A stretch of 64,000 nt of DNA. Source: an uncultured Eubacterium sp. Its GTDB lineage: Bacteria; Bacillota; Clostridia; Oscillospirales; CAG-272. How positions within the stretch are numbered: the stretch's first letter is position 1; each line of letters begins with the position of its first letter. The stretch is taken from NCBI GenBank assembly GCA_900544285.1, contig UQUT01000001.1, positions 59,004-123,003 of the forward strand, given 5' to 3'. A program made the translations under genes and the position numbers. The notes under the pieces are model-generated. The model did no database searches. It was given only the letters and a program-made list of their open reading frames with translations, and had not been told where the DNA came from. Shown in pieces: positions 44,377 through 54,010 of this stretch.

Positions 44377-46185
44377 TTAAGTTCCTCCATATTCTTGATT
44401 TGATATTTCAAAGTCCTCATCGGACAAAAGTTCATAGTTGGTTTCCGAAAGTTCCATTTCGGGGATTGTATCGAGGTCAACCCGTAGGGGTTCGATGGTC
44501 GCCACAGATTTTGTGACTTGGCCGTGCTGATATACGCCTGCTTTCCCGTCTGCGGTATAGGCCACATTGGGGTGTTTGAGAATGTCATACTTCAAATCCA
44601 TTACCGGGCGCTCGCCACGGATAAAGAGAATCGCATATTGGTTATCGAGCATTCTAACTTCGTCAGGGGTGAGTAGCTCACGACCGGAAATCTGATAATT
44701 GGTCGAGTAGTTTCCGCTTCGCCCTGAACTTTTACCAAAGGTATTGGTATCAATCGTTTCTTTGCCGAGCAGTTCCGACACATATTTGTGCGTGCTTTGC
44801 TCGTTACCGCCAAGATATAAAAATTCATCGCAGTTGCCCACAATGCTTTCCCACTGTTTTTCAAACAGCGCCTTTAACTGCGCCAGATTTTGCAGGATAA
44901 TCGAAACCGACACCCCACGGGAACGCATTACCGAGAGGATTTTATCAAAATCGTCCGGCAAGCTGACATTGGCAAATTCGTCCATCAGGAAGTGGACGCT
45001 GACCGGCAAGCAGCCGCCGTGAACGTGGTCGGCAGAATAGAAAAGCTGCTGAAACAGTTGGGTGTAGAGGATCGATACCAAAAAGTTGAAGCTTGAATCG
45101 TTATCCGGTATCAGGGCGAACAGCGCAACCTTTTTCTCACCGAGAGAAGCAAGGTCAAGCTCATCGGTAGAGGTCAGCGCCGCAAGGCTTTCAAGATTGA
45201 ATTTTTCGAGCCGTGCGGCAAGGGTAATCTGGATAGATTTCAAGGTCTTTGCCGAGCCGGAGTGGTAGGAACGATAATACTTCAAGGCGATATGGTCGGG
45301 ATTGTCGAGTTCCAAATCCGCAAACAGATTATCAAGAGGCGAAGGGCGGTTATCCTCCTCGTCCTCAATCGCTGCGGCTCTGAGCATTTCCATTACCATC
45401 GCAAAGTTTTGTTCTTCTTCCGGCGCTTCATAGTGCAAATAAAAAATAAGGGAGAGCAGCAACATACTCGCCGCTGTGTCCCAAAAGGGATCGTTGGATT
45501 GCGAACCCTTTGGTGTGGTACTCTTAAACAGGTTGGTCACAAGGCGCTGAATATCATTGTCGTTGTGAAGATAGACAAACGGGTTATAGCAGTGGCTCTT
45601 CTCCATAGAGATTAAGTCAAGCACCCGGATTTCGGTTCCTGTCTTTTCAAGAAGCTTTCCTACATCACGCAGAATTTCCCCTTTCGGATCTAAAATCACT
45701 TGTGACGAATTGCTCGTCTGCATTAGGTTTGGTTTACAATAGAATCTCGTTTTACCTGCCCCTGATCCGCCGCATACCAAAGTATTGATATTGCGGCGGT
45801 GTTTTTTCGCATTCAACCCGATTCGGACGTTCTGCGTCATTATCTTGTTTTCTGAGGGCGGGCTTTGACGGTATTTTTTATCAATGGCTTTGGCGTTGCC
45901 CCATTTTGCCGAGCCGTGTTCTTCACGCCTGCGGTAATTCCTTCTTGTTGAAAAATAAACGCCAATCCCCATTCCATAGAGCAAAAGCAAAACGAGGACA
46001 GTTCTTACACTGTCCCCGCATAGCTCAATCTGAAATGGGTTGTTGAAAACGGTTAAAAGGTTCGGCAGTATTTCCGGCAGGCCGCCCTTAACGGACGGGG
46101 CAATCAATAAGCCGAGCCACACAATGGGAATGATACCCACAAGCGAGAGAATGATTGCGGATTGCCTGTCGTTATCTCGTTTCAC
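44377..46185 (-). CDS. VirD4/TraG-type type IV coupling protein (TcpA-like)
   Basis: N-terminal TM segments, then Walker A VCGGSGAGKTRF. Length is 602 aa. Confidence 0.85.
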   Translation of the reverse strand: MKRDNDRQSAIILSLVGIIPIVWLGLLIAPSVKGGLPEILPNLLTVFNNPFQIELCGDSVRTVLVLLLLYGMGIGVYFSTRRNYRRREEHGSAKWGNAKAIDKKYRQSPPSENKIMTQNVRIGLNAKKHRRNINTLVCGGSGAGKTRFYCKPNLMQTSNSSQVILDPKGEILRDVGKLLEKTGTEIRVLDLISMEKSHCYNPFVYLHNDNDIQRLVTNLFKSTTPKGSQSNDPFWDTAASMLLLSLIFYLHYEAPEEEQNFAMVMEMLRAAAIEDEEDNRPSPLDNLFADLELDNPDHIALKYYRSYHSGSAKTLKSIQITLAARLEKFNLESLAALTSTDELDLASLGEKKVALFALIPDNDSSFNFLVSILYTQLFQQLFYSADHVHGGCLPVSVHFLMDEFANVSLPDDFDKILSVMRSRGVSVSIILQNLAQLKALFEKQWESIVGNCDEFLYLGGNEQSTHKYVSELLGKETIDTNTFGKSSGRSGNYSTNYQISGRELLTPDEVRMLDNQYAILFIRGERPVMDLKYDILKHPNVAYTADGKAGVYQHGQVTKSVATIEPLRVDLDTIPEMELSETNYELLSDEDFEISNQEYGGT

Positions 46186-46378
46186 GACCGGAATCCTTTT
46201 CTATCACTTTGAATTTCTTTTTTGGGGCGTGACCGAATTTGATAATCAATTCGTCAACGGCGTCGGTTGCTTTTCCCTCCCGTTTCAGGTCGGTCTTTTT
46301 ATCGTTCAGGGAACGAATGACAACGCCGTGTTCATAATCATCCAAAGCGACGTGATAGCGTTCTTCTCTCATCTGCAT
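46172..46378 (-). CDS. small hypothetical protein
   Basis: 68 aa. It overlaps the T4CP start by 14 nt. Confidence 0.3.
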   Translation of the reverse strand: MQMREERYHVALDDYEHGVVIRSLNDKKTDLKREGKATDAVDELIIKFGHAPKKKFKVIEKDSGRETR

Positions 46379-46387
46379 ATCCTCCGG

Positions 46388-47275
46388 TTATCTCTCCTGT
46401 TCCTTTGAGCGTTCCGCTTTCTGGCGGTACAGCTCATCAGAAACACGGGCGGCGATTTCCTTGTACGCCTTTTGGGATTTGCCGAGTTCGGCTTTAATCT
46501 CTTTCGGCGTTTTGTTTTTCAGTTCGTCTGGGATACGGTCAATGGCGAAGTTTTGGGTATCCACCCCATATTTCTTGCAAAGCATATACCCAATGCACAC
46601 CGCCTGAAATCCCATATCCCTGCGGCTGTACGCTTCGCTGTTCATTGAAAGCTGAGCGTGGCCGAGTTCCTGCGCCACACACTGGCACAGCGCCACGCTG
46701 TCGCCAATATCCTTTTTTACATAGAGCGTCTGATCTTCATTTTTATAGAAAGCGCCCATATCAGGATAAGGCAGCTCGTCCACGCTTTCGATATTGATGG
46801 GTGCGGTGTCGAGCATAACCGCCACAAGCTTTCTCGGATCACGGTTGACCGTCGGGGCGGCAGGCCGTTTCCCATTGGTCTGCGAAACATCAAGCACCCG
46901 TTTCATATTGAAATCAATGCCGGTGGTTTGATCCTTTTTGGTGTACTCGTAGGGATCGAGAATAATAAAGGTCTTGGAACCCTTGTTTACCTTTACTCCT
47001 TCCGTCACCCAATCGTTAAACTCCTTGACCTGACTTGCCTGCGGGAACTGCTTATACATCAAAAGGGCATTGTTCGCCGTATAGCGATCCATCCGGCTTT
47101 GCACGTCAAGGTAGGCTTTGAATTTATCGGGGGATTGTACGACCTCCGAAGCGGTATCGTCGAGCATTTTATAGACCGCCTGTTTCTCTGCCTTCATTTT
47201 CTCTTTATATTCCTCCGGCGAAAGTCTCGGCGGCTGAGCGCCGCTACCTTTCTTCGGATTAAAATTGTTGGTCAT
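46388..47275 (-). CDS. ArdC-like antirestriction protein (ssDNA-binding N-domain plus zincin-like metalloprotease-like C-domain)
   Basis: The N-terminus reads NALLMYKQFPQASQVKEFNDW. The C-terminus carries the ELGHA motif. Confidence 0.6.
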   Translation of the reverse strand: MTNNFNPKKGSGAQPPRLSPEEYKEKMKAEKQAVYKMLDDTASEVVQSPDKFKAYLDVQSRMDRYTANNALLMYKQFPQASQVKEFNDWVTEGVKVNKGSKTFIILDPYEYTKKDQTTGIDFNMKRVLDVSQTNGKRPAAPTVNRDPRKLVAVMLDTAPINIESVDELPYPDMGAFYKNEDQTLYVKKDIGDSVALCQCVAQELGHAQLSMNSEAYSRRDMGFQAVCIGYMLCKKYGVDTQNFAIDRIPDELKNKTPKEIKAELGKSQKAYKEIAARVSDELYRQKAERSKEQER

Positions 47276-47280
47276 AATGA

Positions 47281-48108
47281 TTACCTCTCTTTCGGTTTTT
47301 CAGATTTCACAGGTTGGGGAGGCTGCGCCTGCCCCTGCGGTTGCGATTTCAGGGATTCCTCTTTGGAACTTTCCGGCTCGGTGCGCTCGGCCTGTTTTTC
47401 AGCCTTTGCCGCCGCCTTGTATCGGTTCAGGTTTTCTTTGACCGAAGATCTCACTCGGGAAACCCTGAGCCTGTCGGCTGTATCCATCGCCTTTTGTTCC
47501 AAAGAAGCAAAGCCCTTCTGCACTTTCTCGAATACACGGCTGAGTCTTGATAAAATGCCTTTATCGGTTCTGGCGTGTTCCGCTTGCTTTGCGGCTCTCC
47601 CGGTAAACAGAAGCCCCACATTTTTCAAATGCCCCTTTGCGCTTTGCAGTTCTGAGTGCATAGAGGACAACTTTGCCGTATCCTGCGCCATCTCCTGAGA
47701 CAGCCTGCGGAACAAAGAGGACAGCTTATCAAACATTTCGGGGATTTTCATCGCTCTGACCGATCCGGCAAGAGCGTCTTTGCCTTTCTCCCGGAATGCC
47801 CGCATTGCGTCCCCGGCAGATTTGATGAGATTATCCTTCATCGTCTTGACGGCGGTAAAGCCCTGACGAACTTTATCCTCTGTTTTCTGAACAAGGGTTT
47901 GGCACTTGCTGCGTAGGGTGCTGTTGTGAATCAAATTGATTTCCCGGCGCATATCCTGAAGCTCACCGAGCATTCCTGAAAGTGTTGCCTGCATATCGCC
48001 TATATACCCAACGAGCGACTGCACTTCGCTTTTCTCTCTCGTCAGGCCGTTTTTTTCAAGGGTATCCAACAACTCCGCAATTTGCGGGTGTTCATTGAGA
48101 TTATCCAT
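47281..48108 (-). CDS. coiled-coil hypothetical protein with a conserved C-terminal tail shared with the next gene
   Basis: 275 aa. The tail reads SVKENLNRYKAAAKAEKQAERTEPE...KPKER. Confidence 0.45.
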   Translation of the reverse strand: MDNLNEHPQIAELLDTLEKNGLTREKSEVQSLVGYIGDMQATLSGMLGELQDMRREINLIHNSTLRSKCQTLVQKTEDKVRQGFTAVKTMKDNLIKSAGDAMRAFREKGKDALAGSVRAMKIPEMFDKLSSLFRRLSQEMAQDTAKLSSMHSELQSAKGHLKNVGLLFTGRAAKQAEHARTDKGILSRLSRVFEKVQKGFASLEQKAMDTADRLRVSRVRSSVKENLNRYKAAAKAEKQAERTEPESSKEESLKSQPQGQAQPPQPVKSEKPKER

Positions 48109-48114
48109 TTAGTT

Positions 48115-48966
48115 TCACCTCTCTTTGGGTTTCTTCGATTTTTTCGGCTGCGTGTGAACCGTCTGACGGTTCGGCTCGGGGGATTTTGGCTTTTCCTTTG
48201 CAGCCTCCGGCTCGGTGCGCTCTGCTTCCTTCTCCGCTTTTGCGGCAGCACGGTATCGGTCGAGTTTTTCTTTGACCGAAGGCTTTTTATCCGCCGCCTT
48301 TGCGATACCCTTATCAGTGTGCGTACCTGTCGTTTCTGAGTCTCGCTCGGACGGAGGGCTTTTGTCCGTCTTTGCGACCGAAGGGTTTTGGTGGGAATTG
48401 CCCTCCTTCTGAGAAGGCTTGCCCATCGCTTCTTCCACAATGAGTTCGCCCCTTGTCTTGGCAGGAACTTCTTTTGCAGCCGCCTCCCGGTCTGTAACCG
48501 CTTTTTCTGCTTCGGTAACAATAGAAGCCTTATCCACTTTACCGAGTTCAAAGCGGTCGGAGATCCTTTGGATTTTTGCTGCGTCCTCCGCACGGGCGAT
48601 AATGTCTATCGTCGCCGTATCACTCTTGGTATTTTTATCCCGCAGAACGCAATAGAGGACGCCATATTTTTTTGCCTGCTCGGTAAACTTTTGCAGGTCT
48701 TTCTGCTCAAACGAAAAGACTTTGAGTTCCTTGCCGGATTTAATCATATTGGTCAGCCGAGCCTTGCCCCTCGTCTTATTCGACTGGCTGATTTCCTGCT
48801 TCAGCACCGAAGCTAACAGGACGGCGATATTCTTCGCCGCCGAGCCTGTGAGTTTTGCAGCTACTTCAAATCCTTCAAGCGAAAGCCTGACGATTTGTTC
48901 TGCTGCGTCACCGCCGTTTACCATAGTTCCGACTCTCCTTTCTCTGAGATTTTTCTTCTTCTGCAA
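48115..48966 (-). CDS. PcfB/DUF3801-like conjugative element protein
   Basis: The N-terminal domain reads GGDAAEQIVRLSLEGFEVAAKLTGSAAKNIAVLL...KVFSF. The tail reads SVKEKLDRYRAAAKAEKEAERTEPE...KPKER. Confidence 0.5.
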   Translation of the reverse strand: MQKKKNLRERRVGTMVNGGDAAEQIVRLSLEGFEVAAKLTGSAAKNIAVLLASVLKQEISQSNKTRGKARLTNMIKSGKELKVFSFEQKDLQKFTEQAKKYGVLYCVLRDKNTKSDTATIDIIARAEDAAKIQRISDRFELGKVDKASIVTEAEKAVTDREAAAKEVPAKTRGELIVEEAMGKPSQKEGNSHQNPSVAKTDKSPPSERDSETTGTHTDKGIAKAADKKPSVKEKLDRYRAAAKAEKEAERTEPEAAKEKPKSPEPNRQTVHTQPKKSKKPKER

Positions 48967-50290
48967 TTACTTGCTCGAGATTGTGTTCGACAACTTTTGA
49001 TCGCTCTGCAATCCCGTCGCAAAGCTTCACTTCCTTGCGAAGCTCTTTGAGTCGTTCGGAAAGCGCCGAGATTTCTCCTTTCGCCTTAGACAGCTCACCG
49101 TCGGTGATGTTTACTTTTCGTATTTCATTTCGGAGGCGGTTTCTTCCGGCGGTTCGGGATTTAATCTCTGCTTCAACCGAGTGCTTATATGCGAAAAGCT
49201 GCTCGTCCGTACTGATTTGGTGCTTGCCGAGCAGCCTGACTTGCTGTGAGAACTGTTCAAGCTTCATCAAATCGTCTTTGAGAAGATAATGAAGCCGTGC
49301 GGGGTTCTGTTGTTTTTGGTTGTACTTTGGAAGATAACCGAGCCGGTAGCAGTAGTGGAGGTACAGGCCGTAAAGACCGCCCACCTTTTTGATTTTCTGT
49401 TCCCTTGTCGGGAGGCGGTACTGCCGGACACGATAGGTTTTCGGTTGAAAAGGGTGAAAAGCGATATTATCCCGGTTCTGTATGAGTCGTTCAAGGATTC
49501 GCTCTTTGGTATATTCCTCTCCGAGCCGATAGGTGCGGATTGGTTTTTCATCGCCCTTTGGGGTGACGGTGCAGTATTTCCGGTTCGGGTTGAAATTGGA
49601 ACGATAGCCCATCACGCCGAGTTCATATTGGAACTGCCGCAGGTTATGGCTCATCGCTATTGCTTCATCAATCGCTTTTCTGGCGTTGTTGTACCGGGTG
49701 GGCATACCCGCCTCGTCCTTTTTGGTAAGATAGGCGGGGGATCTGTGCAGTTCGGGATTTTTAACGATGGAAAGCTTATGCGAAAGGCAAATCTCATCAG
49801 CAATATGCCGGAAGTAGTACCAAGATTTCTCCTTGTTTTGCAGACGCTTCCCATCAACGAAGGAAACGGAATTGATAACGAAATGGCAGTGGAGGTGCTT
49901 TGTGTTCAAATGGGTGGTTACGACCACCTGAAAGCGGCTGCCCCACATCTTATTTGCAAACTCCATTCCGATCTGCTGCGCCTGTTCAGGTGTGACTTCA
50001 TCTTCCTTAAAACTCAGATACCCGTGATAGGCTTGAATCCCGTCCGGTTTTTCAAACTGTTCCTTGACTGAAATGAACTGGTCACGGGCGGTGGCCACAT
50101 TACAGTTGATCCCTTCGCTGAAAAATTCGTGTTCGGTTTTTTCTTCGTCCTTTGCGTAGGCAAGCACATCTTTGAGCGCCTGATATTCTTCGGGCGTGTA
50201 TTCGGGATTGGCGGTCTTTTCGGGATTTGTCGCATAGTCGAGAACCTGCCCGAGCCGTTCTGTTACCTTCCAAAGCTTTGTTACTGCCAT
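48908..50290 (-). CDS. relaxase / mobilization nuclease (MobA/MobL, MOB_P-type)
   Basis: The histidine triad reads HLNTKHLHCHFVINSV. Length is 460 aa. It lies immediately downstream of mobC. Confidence 0.8.
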   Translation of the reverse strand: MAVTKLWKVTERLGQVLDYATNPEKTANPEYTPEEYQALKDVLAYAKDEEKTEHEFFSEGINCNVATARDQFISVKEQFEKPDGIQAYHGYLSFKEDEVTPEQAQQIGMEFANKMWGSRFQVVVTTHLNTKHLHCHFVINSVSFVDGKRLQNKEKSWYYFRHIADEICLSHKLSIVKNPELHRSPAYLTKKDEAGMPTRYNNARKAIDEAIAMSHNLRQFQYELGVMGYRSNFNPNRKYCTVTPKGDEKPIRTYRLGEEYTKERILERLIQNRDNIAFHPFQPKTYRVRQYRLPTREQKIKKVGGLYGLYLHYCYRLGYLPKYNQKQQNPARLHYLLKDDLMKLEQFSQQVRLLGKHQISTDEQLFAYKHSVEAEIKSRTAGRNRLRNEIRKVNITDGELSKAKGEISALSERLKELRKEVKLCDGIAERSKVVEHNLEQVIAEEEKSQRKESRNYGKRR

Positions 50291-50622
50291 TTCAAATCGC
50301 TTTTTTCAGGACGGAGGAATACCCGTTCCACATCAGCCTGAAATTTATGCCAACGGAGGGCTTCGGCTTTTAACATCTGCGTGTCGATGAAGCCGAGAGC
50401 GTTTGCTTTAATGGCAAGCTGATTGATATTGTTGCCGATAGCGGAGAGTTCCCGCATAGCGTCGTAGAACCTCTCGTCCGGTTTCTCTCTCGGCTCATAT
50501 CCACGAATGAGCAGACGGACGAGCGCCGCTTCGGTCAGGCAGGCTTTCTTTGCTTTCTTCTGCAAATCCTGAGCCTCCTGACGGTTCATCAAAAAATGCT
50601 TCTCGATATTTCTTCTGTTCAA
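50281..50622 (-). CDS. mobC: MobC relaxosome accessory protein
   Basis: LSAIGNNINQLAIKANALG is the canonical MobC motif. Confidence 0.75.
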   Translation of the reverse strand: MNRRNIEKHFLMNRQEAQDLQKKAKKACLTEAALVRLLIRGYEPREKPDERFYDAMRELSAIGNNINQLAIKANALGFIDTQMLKAEALRWHKFQADVERVFLRPEKSDLKWQ

Positions 50623-50751
50623 AACTCATCGTCCTCCTTTCGGGCGGTCTGGCTGTGATGGGTACGGCTGATTTGCAGAAGGCACATTGTCGTAACAGCG
50701 ACAACGCCGCCGAGCAGCAAGCCTATCATAAAGAATAGAAATTCATACATT

Positions 50752-50888
50752 GTAAAAATCCTTTCTGAAATGGGGGTATTAGGGGCAAGCCCCTAACGAG
50801 TTTTACTGTTTTGGACGAACCTGTCCATAAACAGTCTGCTCGCTAAGATAATGCAGTTCCTCCGGGCTGCCCCGCATACCCCTGAAAT
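50752..50888. promoter_or_regulatory. candidate oriT / promoter region upstream of mobC and the relaxase
   Basis: A perfect palindrome GGGGCAAGCCCC lies at 50783-50794. An additional imperfect inverted repeat, ccgggctgccccg, is present in this region. This is the usual oriT position for MobC-MobA modules. Confidence 0.3.
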
Positions 50889-51953
50889 TTATCGTTCTCT
50901 ATCTGCCTTTTCGGGCTTGATTGGTTCGATTTTTATGCCGTAATCGGTTTCAATGAACCTTTCCGGCTGACGGAAAAGCCTCTGATATTTGAGGGCTTGT
51001 TCAGGGGTTAAGCTGTCGTATTTTTCATCGGCTACATTGGATCGGGCAATAAAAAAGTCCCCGTGAACAATGTCGGAGACTTCTCGTGGATCTGTAATAA
51101 TGAAGCATTTTTCAATTTTCCAACCGTCCTTGCCGCCCTTTTCGTCCGCCATAAGACCTTCCATTCGCAGGCAGCGGTCAACCCCGTCAAGGGAAGCGCC
51201 GTAGATAGAATACCCGTTCATATTGGGCTGAAACGCCTTATTATCCGAGCTGACTTCATAGGTTCGTTCAAACTCGCTGTGGGGTGTGCGGAAGGTATCG
51301 ACGGTAAAAACAATGTGTCCCTTGCAGTGATGGCCTTCCCGTTCCATCTGCCGGAAGTGGTTTTTCAACCCCTCATAGTCCACTTCATATTTCTGCGGTT
51401 CTGCATAAACGGCACGGTTTTTCGGCAAATCATTCTGCTTTCCGTCCCGGTTGCAGACGATGGCGGCGTCATCTTCAAAGGGCATATACTCATCAAGACC
51501 GCCGCCGACCAGTTCTTTCATCGCCTCATAGGTGTTGGGGATCTCCATAACAACCGGGGCTTTACCAACCGGAACAAAGAGAACGGAAATGGTTTCTTCC
51601 TTTGTCAAGCAGGAAAAGCGCTCGCTGATTTTGCATTTCTCCGGTTCAAAATCCACCTTCCTAAACTCGAAGGAATCGCAAAAATGAAATTCGCTTTCTC
51701 CATTCTCTGCAATCACTTCCACCACATCGGATACCGAAAGGGAACGGGCTTTATACCCTTTGGGGTGGTTTTGGTTGAATTTTTGATAGACATCTTCAAG
51801 GGTTTTGCAGTTGACGTCCCCCTCGAAAACCTTGTCGTAAACGCTGCTGTTGATCTGATTGCTGCCCTGAAATTTCGGCAGACTCTCATATCTCATAAAG
51901 GCGATGTTCTTGGTATCACGGTCGGTATTAACCTGATAGATTCGTATTTTCAT
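50889..51953 (-). CDS. YodL-like/DUF3846-type conjugative element protein
   Basis: The N-terminus MKIRIYQVNTDRDTKNIAFMRYESL resembles the YodL-like domain seen in Firmicutes ICEs. Confidence 0.4.
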   Translation of the reverse strand: MKIRIYQVNTDRDTKNIAFMRYESLPKFQGSNQINSSVYDKVFEGDVNCKTLEDVYQKFNQNHPKGYKARSLSVSDVVEVIAENGESEFHFCDSFEFRKVDFEPEKCKISERFSCLTKEETISVLFVPVGKAPVVMEIPNTYEAMKELVGGGLDEYMPFEDDAAIVCNRDGKQNDLPKNRAVYAEPQKYEVDYEGLKNHFRQMEREGHHCKGHIVFTVDTFRTPHSEFERTYEVSSDNKAFQPNMNGYSIYGASLDGVDRCLRMEGLMADEKGGKDGWKIEKCFIITDPREVSDIVHGDFFIARSNVADEKYDSLTPEQALKYQRLFRQPERFIETDYGIKIEPIKPEKADRER

Positions 51954-52915
51954 CGCTCAAAACTCCTCTCTTTGGATTTGTGAATACCCATCTGAATACA
52001 AAGAAAATCATTGTAGTCGTTGCCTTTGGGCGGCGGCTCGTCAATGATTTCATACTTTCCCGGCAGAATTGCTTTTAACGCTGCGGTCGCTTTTCTGCCC
52101 GTATTGTCGTTGTCAAAATGGATATGAATTTTCTTGATATGCGGTCTTTCCGCAAGGTATCGGACGAGGGCGGCGGGGGTAGTGCTTTCCTCGATTTTCT
52201 CTTTCGGGAGGTACACCCCGGCGAGCGATACAAGGTTTTCCTTGTGCCAATCCCTGCCGGAGAGCCGTGCAAGCGTAGCGTAGGAGAGCAGGTCGATGGC
52301 GCACTCAAACAGGTGTACTTCTTCGCTTTCGCTCTCGGCTATCCGAAAAGAATAGTGCTTGTCGCTGCCGGAACAATCCCCTAAAATGCGGCGGCTTCCG
52401 GTCGCCCGGTATGCGGCATATCTCGGTTTCTGCTTCTCATCAAAGCCGACAAACACAAGGTTATGATAGGGCAGACTCTCAAAAATCAAGCCCCGGTCAA
52501 TGCACTCGCCTATGATGGAATAGTCAATGCCCCTGCCAAAAAGGTACTCGGTAATTCTATCGTTGGAAGCACTTTTTTCAGGCAGAAGCAAGACCTTCGG
52601 CTTTTCTTCCTGTTTCGGTCTGACCGTCAGGGAGGGCATAACCGCCGCCTTGCCCATCAGGGTTTCTACCGCTTCTACAAACGAACAGCCCTTTACCTTA
52701 ACGAGATAATCAAGGGCGTTGTAGCCGCCGATCCGCCGTGACCACCACATCCATTTCCCGTTTGAAATCTTCAAGCTGTCGTGGGTGCGGGTGGTATAGT
52801 TGTTGCCGGAAATCCGCACAAGCTCGTGGGGTTCAAAGGCTTGCAGGTAAGTCAAAAGGTCAATCTGCCGAGCCTGTTCGATCACCTCCGGTTCGATATA
52901 TGGCAAGAAAATCAC
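51950..52915 (-). CDS. Toprim-domain primase-like protein (DUF3991/Toprim)
   Basis: The C-terminal Toprim reads IHIHFDNDNTGRKA...DYNDFL. Length is 321 aa. Confidence 0.6.
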   Translation of the reverse strand: MIFLPYIEPEVIEQARQIDLLTYLQAFEPHELVRISGNNYTTRTHDSLKISNGKWMWWSRRIGGYNALDYLVKVKGCSFVEAVETLMGKAAVMPSLTVRPKQEEKPKVLLLPEKSASNDRITEYLFGRGIDYSIIGECIDRGLIFESLPYHNLVFVGFDEKQKPRYAAYRATGSRRILGDCSGSDKHYSFRIAESESEEVHLFECAIDLLSYATLARLSGRDWHKENLVSLAGVYLPKEKIEESTTPAALVRYLAERPHIKKIHIHFDNDNTGRKATAALKAILPGKYEIIDEPPPKGNDYNDFLCIQMGIHKSKERSFER

Positions 52916-53241
52916 CTGCTTTCCCGGTTCTTTTCTCGCTTGATGACATCATTTGCCCGTGTTTCAATGGAATCTCTGACAGTATCCATATGCTCGACTT
53001 CTCTGTCCTTGAACTCCTTATACACATCGTCAAGAGGGCAAGGCGACCGGAGCAAAGCTTTCGCCTGTTTGGGGGTAAGTTCCAGTTCCTCCATTGCCAT
53101 CACAATATCCTCCCGCATTGTATATTCATAGGTGTGGTTCAAAATTTCAGAAGGCGGCTGATTCAAAAGCCAATCCCTGTATTTGTCCTGTTCGGCTCTC
53201 ATTTTCTCATAGAGAAGGGTATTATAATCGGTTTCGCCCAT
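52912..53241 (-). CDS. hypothetical protein
   Basis: 109 aa. Its stop overlaps the Toprim gene start. Confidence 0.35.
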   Translation of the reverse strand: MGETDYNTLLYEKMRAEQDKYRDWLLNQPPSEILNHTYEYTMREDIVMAMEELELTPKQAKALLRSPCPLDDVYKEFKDREVEHMDTVRDSIETRANDVIKREKNRESR

Positions 53242-53348
53242 CGTGCGAACACCTCCTTAAGCAAAAAAATATAGCCGCCTGATTTCCTAAGAAAACCAAG
53301 CGGCTATGTAATTTAATATTGCAGAATAGGAAGCGGAGAAATAAACCT

Positions 53349-53810
53349 TTATGCTTTTTTTCGTGTTTTCCAAGTCTGATAAAGAATATCTTTCAGCACT
53401 AACATTGCGTCCTGCTCATTAAACTGATATTCCGTTTTCAGTTCATTGAGCATTAAATTGATTCGCCGTGCATAGTCGGGAACATTGACCTCCTGCTGAT
53501 ATTGAAGCAAAACCGGGTACTTTTTTCCCCAAGCCGAAGTCCAGTCAATCCTTTCTTCTATCTTTTCATCGGTCTTTTCAATAATCTCCTGTATTTCGCT
53601 GAGTTCCACATCAAACTCTATCAAATCGTCTAAGGCGATATGATAGAGCTTTGCCATCTTCTTCGATTGATAAATATCGGGTACGGTTTCATTAGTTTCC
53701 CATTTAGAAATGGTCTGTCGGCTCACCCCAAGTTTTTCAGCAACTTCCTCTTGCGATAAACCGCATTTCTTTCGTGCGTGAAATAGACTATTGCCTAAAT
53801 TCATTCTCAA
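53349..53810 (-). CDS. XRE-family HTH transcriptional regulator
   Basis: The HTH reads LSQEEVAEKLGVSRQTISKWETNETVP. Confidence 0.7.
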   Translation of the reverse strand: MRMNLGNSLFHARKKCGLSQEEVAEKLGVSRQTISKWETNETVPDIYQSKKMAKLYHIALDDLIEFDVELSEIQEIIEKTDEKIEERIDWTSAWGKKYPVLLQYQQEVNVPDYARRINLMLNELKTEYQFNEQDAMLVLKDILYQTWKTRKKA

Positions 53811-54010
53811 TCCCTCCTGCCGTTTGATACCTTAATTATAAAGAACGGCAAGATGAATAGCCACCAACTGTGTTTTCCATTTTTGCCCGATAACTTTACA
53901 ATATCCGATTTTCGTATTCTGTTTCAGGTAACATACCACGAACCAGCACCTTCATTTGTCGGAGAGTTGGGGTATGTAAATGCGGTATGGGGGTTCCATA
54001 CCGCAAAGGG

